A DNA stretch of 30,945 nt from a virus (lineage: Duplodnaviria; Caudoviricetes), in the IMG/VR virus record IMGVR_UViG_3300006105_000076, positions 1 through 30,945 of that record; one strand, given 5' to 3'. The notes below the pieces were generated by a model. The model saw nothing but the letters and a program-made list of their open reading frames with translations. It did no database searches and was not told the DNA's origin. Shown here piece by piece: positions 7,773-15,840 of this stretch (position 1 is its first letter; each line of letters opens with the position of its first letter). The translations under genes and the position numbers were made by a program.

Positions 7773-7925
7773 TTATTTTTTCGGGGTGCCGTAAGTTTTC
7801 TTGATCGCCTTGCGGACGAGGTCTGAAACCTTGAGATCGTCTTCCTTGGCAAGTTTGCGGAGGTGCATGATTACTGGCTTTGCAAGCCGAACATTGATTT
7901 TTGAATCAAAGGTCATTTCGTTCAT
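7773..7925 (-). CDS. 50-aa ribbon-helix-helix protein in the Cro position (absent from ORF track)
   Basis: MNEMTFDSKINVRLAKPVIMHLRKLAKEDDLKVSDLVRKAIKKTYGTPKK; beta-ribbon INVRL and SDLVRKAI helix. Confidence 0.85.
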   Translation of the reverse strand: MNEMTFDSKINVRLAKPVIMHLRKLAKEDDLKVSDLVRKAIKKTYGTPKK

Positions 7926-8025
7926 CTGCCCTCTTGTCCCACAATGGTTCCCATACGGTCAATCTAATTCTTTTGCTTACGAGATTATTTTTCGCATTTG
8001 GTGAACAATGGTCTACATTGAGTCC
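7926..8025. promoter_or_regulatory. Divergent immunity promoters and operators
   Basis: Rightward TTCGCA-17-TACATT-6-ATG(8026); leftward TTGACC 7957-7962; palindrome CAATG-N5-CATTG 8006-8020; ACAATGGT at 7941 and 8005. Confidence 0.65.
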
Positions 8026-8244
8026 ATGACAGATACAGATAGGTTGACGGAAAACATCAGGGTGAGGATTTCAAAAAAAATGAAATCCCACCTTGAGCTA
8101 TTGGCTGACCAACGTGGACCAGGGACAAAACTTAGCGACTTGGCACGAGAAGCCATTTATCAGACCTATTTTGCCACATACCCTCTGACAGAAGTTAAGG
8201 GCATGAGAGCCGCAGAATTACCTAAAAAATCAAAAAGGCGCTGA
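8026..8244 (+). CDS. Ribbon-helix-helix repressor in the CI position, probably leaderless
   Basis: ENIRVRISKKMKSHLELLADQRGPGTKLSDLAREAI; ATG 7 nt after a -10 hexamer. Confidence 0.8.
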   Translation: MTDTDRLTENIRVRISKKMKSHLELLADQRGPGTKLSDLAREAIYQTYFATYPLTEVKGMRAAELPKKSKRR

Positions 8245-8291
8245 TTTTTACCTTCCCGTGTGGTACTCCAATGTATAACGAGTAAAGACGC

Positions 8292-8564
8292 ATGAACAAC
8301 TTATTCTTGGCAGCCACCACAGACCCCGCTTCGGCATTTGCTGCTATTGGTATTTTTGGGATCCTGATTGCGATTGTGATTGGGGCGCTCTATGCCCTCT
8401 TCCCATTGATCGTGATGTGGCAACTCGGCGGGGTGAAACAACGGATCGACCGGCAGCGCAACGAGGAATCGAAAGCGTTGAAATCAGCCGTGGACGAACT
8501 CCAACGGCAGAACAAATTGACCCGACAGCTCCTGCGTGCCTACGGGCACGATCCGGAAGCGTAG
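8292..8564 (+). CDS. Single-pass membrane protein, possible superinfection exclusion
   Basis: Long hydrophobic helix plus coiled coil; co-oriented with repressor; TATAAC at 8274-8279. Confidence 0.7.
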   Translation: MNNLFLAATTDPASAFAAIGIFGILIAIVIGALYALFPLIVMWQLGGVKQRIDRQRNEESKALKSAVDELQRQNKLTRQLLRAYGHDPEA

Positions 8565-8570
8565 TTTGGT

Positions 8571-8822
8571 TCAGCGTTCCACGCGCCGCCAGCCGTCGAG
8601 CCACAGAAGCGCGGAAAGCCGGTTGGCATAGGCACAGACATCGATCTCGGGGGCATCTGGCAGCAACAGATGGATTCCTTCGTGCAACACGGTATCGAGC
8701 CTCTCACGGCTGCGCTGGGGAGCGATCACGATCTGATCCGGGGCGATGGCTAGGCCGAGAGCCTTTTCCCTCCCGAGCTTCTTCTCGGTCAGCCTGATCT
8801 TGCGTGGGAGTTTTTTAGCCAT
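8571..8822 (-). CDS. Minimal HEXXH zinc metallopeptidase-like protein
   Basis: RLDTVLHEGIHLL plus downstream Glu (APEIDV). Confidence 0.7.
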   Translation of the reverse strand: MAKKLPRKIRLTEKKLGREKALGLAIAPDQIVIAPQRSRERLDTVLHEGIHLLLPDAPEIDVCAYANRLSALLWLDGWRRVER

Positions 8823-9000
8823 CGATCTCGTCGTGGATTTTCAGCCGTATCATGTCCATGAACTCATCCAGGCGTCCCATCAGGACATCGGGATCGGACG
8901 TGATGCAACGCAGCCGGAAAGGCAATTTGATCCCCTCGATCTTGACCGCCAGATCAATGTTCCAATCGGTGATCGGCAAACGGGGTGATTTCTTTCTCAT
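8815..9000 (-). CDS. Hypothetical protein (61 aa)
   Basis: Fills gap in a co-oriented run; ATG at 9000. Confidence 0.55.
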   Translation of the reverse strand: MRKKSPRLPITDWNIDLAVKIEGIKLPFRLRCITSDPDVLMGRLDEFMDMIRLKIHDEIDG

Positions 9001-9013
9001 GCGATGATGCGGT

Positions 9014-9289
9014 TCAGGCCTTGTTGTAATGCCAGACGGAAACGACATTACGGCCAACACTGATCCTGAACTTTTTTTTCTGAATGATTTTCTTGTTCAG
9101 GAGATTGTTGGCGCGGGCAAGCATGGTATTCCTTGCTACGCCGCCAGCCCTAGCCATGTCGGAAATCGTCAGCCAGCCGGCAGGAACCACGTCCGGAGTG
9201 CCCGTGCCGTGGGATTCAGAAAGGATTTCCATCAGCCAATCATTTCCTGTCTTTTCGGGTACTTTTTTGGGTAGGGCTTTCTTTTTCAT
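9014..9289 (-). CDS. Winged-HTH-like protein
   Basis: VPAGWLTISDMARAGGVARNTM followed by a beta-hairpin. Confidence 0.65.
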   Translation of the reverse strand: MKKKALPKKVPEKTGNDWLMEILSESHGTGTPDVVPAGWLTISDMARAGGVARNTMLARANNLLNKKIIQKKKFRISVGRNVVSVWHYNKA

Positions 9290-9309
9290 CGTTCAAAAAT
9301 TGATCCAAA

Positions 9310-10071
9310 TCAAAAAGGCAGCCGCCATCCGTGGTCCTCGCCCTCACTGGGGCCGGTGAAGAGCCAGACCTGAGAGGCGGCATTCTTCCCTTCTCGGAAC
9401 TCTCCCGCCACGATTCCCATTCCCCAAGCCATCGTGGCCCTGCGTGCCGAGGCATAGGTCATCTCCCGTTTGCGGGTCAGGGTACCGGAGCAATATCCGT
9501 GGGAGGATTTCATGGTGCGTCCCGGGGCCTGCATGGCCCGATGCGTGTGGGCAAAGACTACTTTTCCTCCGTAGGCCTCGGCCATGTCCCTGGCACACGA
9601 TTCGTTGTAAAAAGTGCCGTGGGTAAAAGTCAGGTCAGCGCGGCGGTATTGCTGATAAATCCCGTCGTAGGGAATGACCCGCGTGCCGATCTTGGCGCAG
9701 CCGTCCTCGATGTGCTGGATCGCACGGTTACTGGCATACCCGATGACCGCATTGGGGGATGATTGCAGGTGCCAGAGTCGCGCCTCATGGTTCCCACAGA
9801 GAAAAATGTCGGGTCGGTATTCTTTGAGAAACATCAATCCACCATCGATATCGGGAGCGACCGGCTCCGCACTGTCGGCATCGATGCCACGGGCACCCGA
9901 CCGGAAAGCCGCCGTGTCGATGGCATCGCCGAGGTGGATTGAAAGGTCACCCTTGCGGATCCATGCTTTTTTGAAATCAAGGACGGCTTTTTTGGCATCA
10001 GGGCAGATATGTTTTCCGTGGGAACATCCAATCGCCATGAAACGGGTCCACTTGGAGGTGATAGCGGCCAT
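9310..10071 (-). CDS. Calcineurin-like metallophosphoesterase
   Basis: GCSHG, LGDAID, GNHE, THG, AHTH motifs. Confidence 0.88.
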   Translation of the reverse strand: MAAITSKWTRFMAIGCSHGKHICPDAKKAVLDFKKAWIRKGDLSIHLGDAIDTAAFRSGARGIDADSAEPVAPDIDGGLMFLKEYRPDIFLCGNHEARLWHLQSSPNAVIGYASNRAIQHIEDGCAKIGTRVIPYDGIYQQYRRADLTFTHGTFYNESCARDMAEAYGGKVVFAHTHRAMQAPGRTMKSSHGYCSGTLTRKREMTYASARRATMAWGMGIVAGEFREGKNAASQVWLFTGPSEGEDHGWRLPF

Positions 10072-10072
10072 G

Positions 10073-10633
10073 TCAGTGGGTGTACAAATAGAGGTCGAGA
10101 TCGGCGCGGAGTTTTTCCACGGGACCGTTATTCAGCAAAATCCGGTCGTAATTGATCACTTGATCCTCGGAAGCATGGGATTCGACGGGAACCGTGCCGG
10201 GGCGCCTGACATCGATGATCGTAAACCCAAACTGCTTCAGTGCGGTGACTTCGTTTCCAAACCGCACGTCATCAACGACCACGGAAAGACCCTCGGAAAG
10301 GCAGCGCGTTACCTTGGACAGCAAAATGCGGCGCCAAATGTCCGGCGCAATCAGATCACGCCCCCATTCGACGCCGAGTGTTTGCATGGCATAGCGGGGA
10401 GAACGGCCTCCAAGGAGGTCGGTTGGGGTCTCCTTGAGTTTCCCATCGATCATTTCCACGGATTCGATAATGCCGCACCCGGCCTCAATCAGGAGGCATC
10501 GGATCATCCGTTTAATCGGCGAAGCAAATCTCAAACGGCGGAAATGGTGCTTGAAGACGAGGTGGTCGGCGGCGGTCGATTTGCCGGAGCCAGCCAGACC
10601 GCTGAAGGCAATCAATATGGGCTTGGAAGCCAT
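10073..10633 (-). CDS. Deoxynucleoside monophosphate kinase
   Basis: GLAGSGKST, FASPIK, SPRYAMQTLGVEWGR, DDVRFGNE, HASE. Confidence 0.92.
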   Translation of the reverse strand: MASKPILIAFSGLAGSGKSTAADHLVFKHHFRRLRFASPIKRMIRCLLIEAGCGIIESVEMIDGKLKETPTDLLGGRSPRYAMQTLGVEWGRDLIAPDIWRRILLSKVTRCLSEGLSVVVDDVRFGNEVTALKQFGFTIIDVRRPGTVPVESHASEDQVINYDRILLNNGPVEKLRADLDLYLYTH

Positions 10634-10647
10634 CTCCATGAGTTTGG

Positions 10648-10653
10648 TGTCAA
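10648..10653 (-). promoter_or_regulatory. TTGACA late-type element
   Basis: 14 nt before ATG at 10633. Confidence 0.5.
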
Positions 10654-10773
10654 GTCATTGGGAAAAAGGTTTCCCGACATGGCGCTGTCATCGACATATT
10701 AAAAAAACGTGTCGATGTTTTTAACAATTCACGCCATGTGAATAGAAATTGGCATTTTCTTTACACGTTTAAG

Positions 10774-11337
10774 TCAAGCCAACAGGGATTTTGCCGCTGT
10801 CAGGCGATTTTCCCAACCGGCAAGGAACTTTGCTTGAGAGGGACGGGATGCAACGATCTCCTCATAATGTCGGCGGATCTTTTGCAGAAACCCCATGCAG
10901 AGTCCCGTCGTGTCATGGACGGCAAACGCGGCCTGTCGCGTCATGTCACCAAGCACGCCATCCGTGCCGATCCGTGCCCCGTAATCGTTGCAGGCCTGCT
11001 GGAGGTAACGGATCGCCGAGCCGATGCCGATATTGACCCCCTCAAAGAATACCAATTCCTGTACCAGGACGGGTAACCCATTTAGCGGCGTCCAGTATTT
11101 TTCAAAATAGACCTTGGCAATTTCGTCCGGTTGCGGATCAGCACTGACTTCGGCATCCTTGAGGAGTAATCCGGCAAAGGTTGAACCTCCGGAGTCCTCG
11201 AAGACATTTTCCCAGACGATTTCCCCGGTGACGTGATTGAGTTCACATTCCCAATCCAAAACCAGATTCAGGGCCTTGCTAAATCCAGCGGGGTATCCGG
11301 CTTGCAAAGCCGCCATGCCAATATCGCTTTTTTTCAC
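10774..11337 (-). CDS. Endolysin, glycoside hydrolase family 108 with peptidoglycan-binding domain
   Basis: WE..DSGGSTFAGL, YFEKYW, FFEGVNIG, DGVLGDMT, KFLAGWENR. Confidence 0.9.
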   Translation of the reverse strand: MKKSDIGMAALQAGYPAGFSKALNLVLDWECELNHVTGEIVWENVFEDSGGSTFAGLLLKDAEVSADPQPDEIAKVYFEKYWTPLNGLPVLVQELVFFEGVNIGIGSAIRYLQQACNDYGARIGTDGVLGDMTRQAAFAVHDTTGLCMGFLQKIRRHYEEIVASRPSQAKFLAGWENRLTAAKSLLA

Positions 11338-11606
11338 GGGGAAGGCGGGGTGAGGGGATCGGAAGGCTTGTTCGTGAATGCTGAACCGGCGACTTCGATT
11401 CCTTTACGGAGCGCACCGCCTCCGTAGATGGTGTAGGCAAGATCCTTGAGAGTTCCGCTCATCGCTTCATCGAGGACATGATGCCAGAAGACGCAGTACC
11501 CGAGGATCAGCACCAAAAAAGCCGTGAAAGCCGTGCCGACCCAGCGCATCCAGGAATCGGGGGTGTTCTCCGAATGAACGGAGCGGATGTAGCTCCAGAG
11601 GTTCAT
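11334..11606 (-). CDS. Putative holin
   Basis: Hydrophobic helices; directly upstream of and overlapping the endolysin. Confidence 0.65.
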   Translation of the reverse strand: MNLWSYIRSVHSENTPDSWMRWVGTAFTAFLVLILGYCVFWHHVLDEAMSGTLKDLAYTIYGGGALRKGIEVAGSAFTNKPSDPLTPPSP

Positions 11607-11827
11607 AGAGTTATGTTTTTTGAAATCGGCAAGGCGAAAAGTCTCAACGGGAATCCGCTTTCAATCTCAAAAAATGAAAGGCACCAATTCCGGAACTGCT
11701 GAACCTCTAATGCTAAATCAAAAAGCCACCATGCCCCATATTTAGCAACAGCCTCCTGCTCTTCTTCTGACCAGTAAACAGGGCAAAAAAGGAACCACCC
11801 TTCATGAGATACAAGAATCGACCTCAT
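11603..11827 (-). CDS. Aromatic-rich hypothetical protein (74 aa)
   Basis: TGATG and ATGA overlaps; lower GC. Confidence 0.55.
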   Translation of the reverse strand: MRSILVSHEGWFLFCPVYWSEEEQEAVAKYGAWWLFDLALEVQQFRNWCLSFFEIESGFPLRLFALPISKNITL

Positions 11828-12444
11828 CAAAACGGGAGGTGGGGGGTGAACTCTGAAAGGAAATGCAATGACCAGCGTCCAATGGAAAAGCCGAGCGCGA
11901 ATCCTCCGACGAAGATCCCGGCGAGGGCGACGAGCTGCCACGGCATCTGGACGACTTGGAGGGCGGGCTTGAAGGTCGAGAGGGCGGCCATCCCGGCTGC
12001 GATGGAGAAAATCCACACCAGGGCATCGCGTTCGCGTTCGGCACGGGCGCGGAGGGCCTTGTCCTTGGCATCCTCGGCCTGCCACCAGTCGCGCTGGCCG
12101 ATGGCGATGTCGTATTGCGCCTCGTACCAGGCGATCTTTCCCGTGGCGGTTTCCAGTTTCAGCCCGAGATCATTGATCGTGGCTTGCAGATCACGAACGG
12201 CATTCTTGGCGACCGGATCGGTGACAATGGCGGCGAGGCGTGTGGCCTGTGCCGCTGCCGATTGCTGGGAAACACGAGCCGAGGAGAGCGCCGCATCGAC
12301 CTCGGCATGGGGAGTAGATGAGGAAACATGGCGCACCGGACTGGAAGCGCAGCCGGTCAGGCTGACCAGAACTGTGGCAGCTAAAAAAAGCGCCAGAATT
12401 ACAGAAAGTATCAAAACGGCGGTTTCTTTAATCGCTGGAGTCAT
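11827..12444 (-). CDS. Lipoprotein with coiled coil and C-terminal TM helices; candidate unimolecular spanin
   Basis: Lipobox LTG|C; helical middle; two C-terminal hydrophobic segments; in lysis cassette. Confidence 0.65.
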   Translation of the reverse strand: MTPAIKETAVLILSVILALFLAATVLVSLTGCASSPVRHVSSSTPHAEVDAALSSARVSQQSAAAQATRLAAIVTDPVAKNAVRDLQATINDLGLKLETATGKIAWYEAQYDIAIGQRDWWQAEDAKDKALRARAERERDALVWIFSIAAGMAALSTFKPALQVVQMPWQLVALAGIFVGGFALGFSIGRWSLHFLSEFTPHLPF

Positions 12445-12638
12445 TTTCTGATGTTTTTGTAAATCGTGACTGCCGAGGCGCAGATGGAGAAGGAAGCAGC
12501 ACCAATCGACATGATGACCGCGATGTCGGAGACAATCGGGTGGGATTCGAGAAGACCCACTCCAAGAAAAACCAGCGAAGAGCAGGCCGAGACGATGGAC
12601 CCCGTGATCCCAGGAAGAATGGGTTCCGAATGGTTCAT
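12441..12638 (-). CDS. Small two-TM protein (holin/antiholin-like)
   Basis: Two hydrophobic segments with basic C-terminus. Confidence 0.6.
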   Translation of the reverse strand: MNHSEPILPGITGSIVSACSSLVFLGVGLLESHPIVSDIAVIMSIGAASFSICASAVTIYKNIRK

Positions 12639-12653
12639 CGTCCCGGCTTCTGC

Positions 12654-12848
12654 TTATTTGCTGAAGCGGACGTTCAGGACGCCTGCACCCGTAGGCTGAA
12701 CAGTGATGTTCAGGGCGACGACGTTGGCAATCGATTGACCGGCTGGAAGCGTTACAACGCCGGTGATAGCGTTGAGGACAGCTTGCACATCGGCAACCTG
12801 AAGGGCTGCATTGGCGGTGACGGGCTGGGTTTGGAGAGCAATGCTCAT
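12654..12848 (-). CDS. Small hypothetical protein
   Basis: Clean 64-aa ORF with A/C-rich leader. Confidence 0.65.
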   Translation of the reverse strand: MSIALQTQPVTANAALQVADVQAVLNAITGVVTLPAGQSIANVVALNITVQPTGAGVLNVRFSK

Positions 12849-12949
12849 AAGTTGAGTTTATTGATTCCCTTGGGGAGTCCTTTATTCATGTCGGATCGAT
12901 GCCTGCATGAGCTAGGGATTGACCTTGAAGGGGTTCAAAATAAATGCCG

Positions 12950-12956
12950 TGTCAAA
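12950..12956 (-). promoter_or_regulatory. TTTGACA element ahead of the lysis cassette
   Basis: Directly after the stop at 12959; no ATG at 13-14 nt. Confidence 0.5.
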
Positions 12957-12958
12957 AT

Positions 12959-13222
12959 CTACCATTTTGGCGGTGTTGCCGCGCACGATGCCGAACGAAA
13001 ACCAGTCTTTGAATCCATATTGCATCCGCAAATCAAACATCGTCCATTGTCATAATAGGGGCAAGAAACGCAGATCGTGATCCTAGCGTGCTGTTCGTCG
13101 GCAGTGACGGGTTCCTGTCCAGACACGATGGCTCCGGCTTCCGCCACAAGGGCTTTACCAAAGCTGGCTACTTGGGTCATCAGGGGTGGTGGTGTGGGTT
13201 TCATAGAACAGTTACAGCTCAT
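12959..13222 (-). CDS. Small Cys-motif protein (87 aa)
   Basis: RITICVSCPYYDNGRCLICGC..K..SASC..PPKW; ATGA overlap with upstream gene. Confidence 0.75.
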   Translation of the reverse strand: MSCNCSMKPTPPPLMTQVASFGKALVAEAGAIVSGQEPVTADEQHARITICVSCPYYDNGRCLICGCNMDSKTGFRSASCAATPPKW

Positions 13223-14241
13223 TGGAGTATGGGTATGCTCAGAAGGGCTGCTAAATCGACTTTGGGCTTGGGAGATCCAAGGTTGATGAACGACGGAATC
13301 CCGATCATCTGACCGATCATGCTTTGAGCCTGGCAGAAACAAACAGGGTTAGGAGTTGCAGAGGTGCAAGACCCGTCACAAACAGTGTAAAGGCATCCAT
13401 ATTGATCCTCCCCACAAGACGAATAATCGTAGCACGGTCCAAAACACACACCATGAGCGTCTTGTGCCGTATCTCCACCATTACACATTCCACAATCGTC
13501 AAGGACGGCATTCCCACAGCAGTTGTTTGCGCAATCTAAAGATAATGCGTTGCAATCCCAATTATTATTATTATTAACACCTGCTTCATTGGTGGGGGAA
13601 TAACAAAGCCCATTACAATCGAGAGTAGCATCCCCGTTGCAATATCCTAAACAATCAAGATAGATGCAGTTTCCATTGCTGTCCTCTCCACAAGCAGAGA
13701 CATCCCAGCAATTCCCACCGCAAACATTTTGGTAATCGCTATATTCGCAACCAACTCCCCAGATAATGTTGCAAATAGAACCAAAACCATTGCAAATGCA
13801 AGGAGATAATCCGTTGTTGTCTAAACAACCACAATCATTTGTTCCACACTCACTACAACAATGCCCTCCTGCGTTGACACTTTGAGGGGAGCATTCTGTA
13901 ATATTGTAATCACTAAAATCATAAAAAGTATTTCCATCCTCGTTTGAGGGGGAATAGTAATTTACACCCGAGCAATCAATAATTGCATCTCCGTTGCAGT
14001 ATCCAAGAGCATCCAATGTTGAAGATCCACCGCATACACCATTGCAATCAGCCCCTGCTTGCGAGGATGATATTCCTAAATCGGGGCCACAAAGTCCGTT
14101 ACAATACCATTGTGCTGCATTAGTGTCAGAACAATTCGTGTAACTTGTGCAATCTCCATTGATGTCGGGATACAAACAATCCCCATTCTCATCTACTCCA
14201 CACGATTTTTCATACCCGTAAACGCTAGAATCGCACGGCAT
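13219..14241 (-). CDS. Cys-rich acidic repeat protein
   Basis: About 43 Cys in 340 aa (hand count); DCNGVCGG, LGYCNGDA, CGED repeats; no signal peptide; low GC. Confidence 0.8.
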   Translation of the reverse strand: MPCDSSVYGYEKSCGVDENGDCLYPDINGDCTSYTNCSDTNAAQWYCNGLCGPDLGISSSQAGADCNGVCGGSSTLDALGYCNGDAIIDCSGVNYYSPSNEDGNTFYDFSDYNITECSPQSVNAGGHCCSECGTNDCGCLDNNGLSPCICNGFGSICNIIWGVGCEYSDYQNVCGGNCWDVSACGEDSNGNCIYLDCLGYCNGDATLDCNGLCYSPTNEAGVNNNNNWDCNALSLDCANNCCGNAVLDDCGMCNGGDTAQDAHGVCFGPCYDYSSCGEDQYGCLYTVCDGSCTSATPNPVCFCQAQSMIGQMIGIPSFINLGSPKPKVDLAALLSIPILQ

Positions 14242-14249
14242 CGCAATTC

Positions 14250-15470
14250 CTAGTTAGAACAAACGACGGAAGTCAGGTTTCCTGATCCATCATAACTCAT
14301 AGCAAAAGTGCCATGAGTCAGAGGATTATTAGAAGCGTCGGTTGCCTGAATGCCGATCAGGACAGTTGGTGAACCATCCCATGAAAGATTGACGTATCCG
14401 ATGACATTTGAGGACTGGTCTTGGATGATGTATCGAGCAGGGTTTGCTCCGGTTCCACCATCGGCATAAGCTGAAGATCCGAGTGGAAATAGATTGGAAA
14501 GCCCATTGTAGTTGGTTGCATGGAGATTTCCACTTGCATCGAATCCAGCCGACCCGTCGGCAAAAGATGCAGATCCATCGGGGTTCAAAGATGAATTGTT
14601 GGTGTATAGCCCACCGGAAGCCCCAACATAGCCATTGGTTCCAAGGTTGCCTCCTATATCAATGGTAAGATTTTGAGAACCAACAGAAATACCATTTCCA
14701 AAATCAGGATCTGATGATGGATTAACCGGAGTGTAACCAAGTGCGGATTCAATGTTTTCAGAAGTTACAGATGCATCTGAACCAGCAGCACCAGTGGAAC
14801 CCGTAGCCCCGGTAGCTCCTACCAGAGAGGAAACGGCGATGAGATTTGTCCAAGACGAGTCACCAACGTGCTGCCATTGAATGTACCCCCCCGAAACTTG
14901 CAGATTAACGGATGCACCATTGCTGCCGTTCTGCCCATTGCTTCCAGCAGCACCCTGCAATGAAGAAACGGCGATGAGATTTGTCCAGCTTGAGTCACCA
15001 ACGTGCTGCCACTGAATATATCCTCCGGCAACTTGGAGATTAACTGACGCACCAGCAGCTCCAGGGCTGCCATTGCTACCAGCGGCACCCATGGCTCCAG
15101 TGGCACCGACCAGGGATGACACCGCGATTAAATTGTTCCAGGACGAGTCACCAACGTGCTGCCATTGGATATATCCGCCGGATACTTGGAGATTAACTGA
15201 CGCACCAGCAGCTCCAGGGCTGCCATTGCTACCCGCAGGACCCGTTGCTCCAGTGGCTCCGATCAGGGACGAAACTGCGATGAGATTTGTCCAGGACGAG
15301 TCACCAACGTGTTGCCACTGAATATATCCTCCGGCAACTTGGAGATTAACCGAAGCACCAGCGGAGCCAGGGCTTCCAGCGGGTCCTACGGGACCAACTC
15401 CTCCACCTTGCACGACGGCATCGATGACGGGGCCGGTCGGATTGATCGTGACATTGATCGTATCGCTCAT
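14250..15470 (-). CDS. Collagen-like tail fibre
   Basis: Gly-X-Y tracts interrupted by four SVNLQVxGGYIQWQHVGDSSWxNLIAVSSL domains. Confidence 0.85.
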   Translation of the reverse strand: MSDTINVTINPTGPVIDAVVQGGGVGPVGPAGSPGSAGASVNLQVAGGYIQWQHVGDSSWTNLIAVSSLIGATGATGPAGSNGSPGAAGASVNLQVSGGYIQWQHVGDSSWNNLIAVSSLVGATGAMGAAGSNGSPGAAGASVNLQVAGGYIQWQHVGDSSWTNLIAVSSLQGAAGSNGQNGSNGASVNLQVSGGYIQWQHVGDSSWTNLIAVSSLVGATGATGSTGAAGSDASVTSENIESALGYTPVNPSSDPDFGNGISVGSQNLTIDIGGNLGTNGYVGASGGLYTNNSSLNPDGSASFADGSAGFDASGNLHATNYNGLSNLFPLGSSAYADGGTGANPARYIIQDQSSNVIGYVNLSWDGSPTVLIGIQATDASNNPLTHGTFAMSYDGSGNLTSVVCSN

Positions 15471-15820
15471 GCCGAATAGTTGGGAGCGATGGTCACGGGG
15501 CCAGAAACCACCTGAAGCGGTTCCCCTCCATTCGTGGTCACAAAGATGTCATGAAAAAACGTGGCGTCTGAGGGAAATGGAAGCGGCAGCGCGGCGGTTT
15601 GAGTTCCCGTAAGGGAACGGGTAATGATCCCGGATGTCGCCGGGGAGGAAATCGTGACCGTGAAAGAAGCCAGAACCGCATAACCGAGCGAGGTCGGACC
15701 ACGCCGGATCTGGGAAATGACGGTGGCTCCCGTCAAATCAATCGCCGTGGTGTCCGTGTGGGTGAGGTTGATCGTATCCTCATAAAACTGCCCCTGAGTG
15801 ATGGGAATCGGCACGGCCAT
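15467..15820 (-). CDS. Fibre adaptor, BppU/LtfC-like beta-sandwich
   Basis: ITQG..IDLTGATVISQIR..LTGTQTAAL..HDI..SGPVTI pattern. Confidence 0.7.
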   Translation of the reverse strand: MAVPIPITQGQFYEDTINLTHTDTTAIDLTGATVISQIRRGPTSLGYAVLASFTVTISSPATSGIITRSLTGTQTAALPLPFPSDATFFHDIFVTTNGGEPLQVVSGPVTIAPNYSA

Positions 15821-15833
15821 GCCGATGCAGGGA

Positions 15834-15840
15834 TGTCAAA
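15834..15840 (-). promoter_or_regulatory. TTTGACA late element
   Basis: 13 nt before ATG at 15820. Confidence 0.65.

Noticed and set aside
9674-10702. 342-aa plus-strand ORF
   Set aside because: Antisense shadow of the kinase and phosphoesterase
13219-15470. Diversity-generating retroelement
   Set aside because: No reverse transcriptase; repeat differences are synonymous and not adenine-specific
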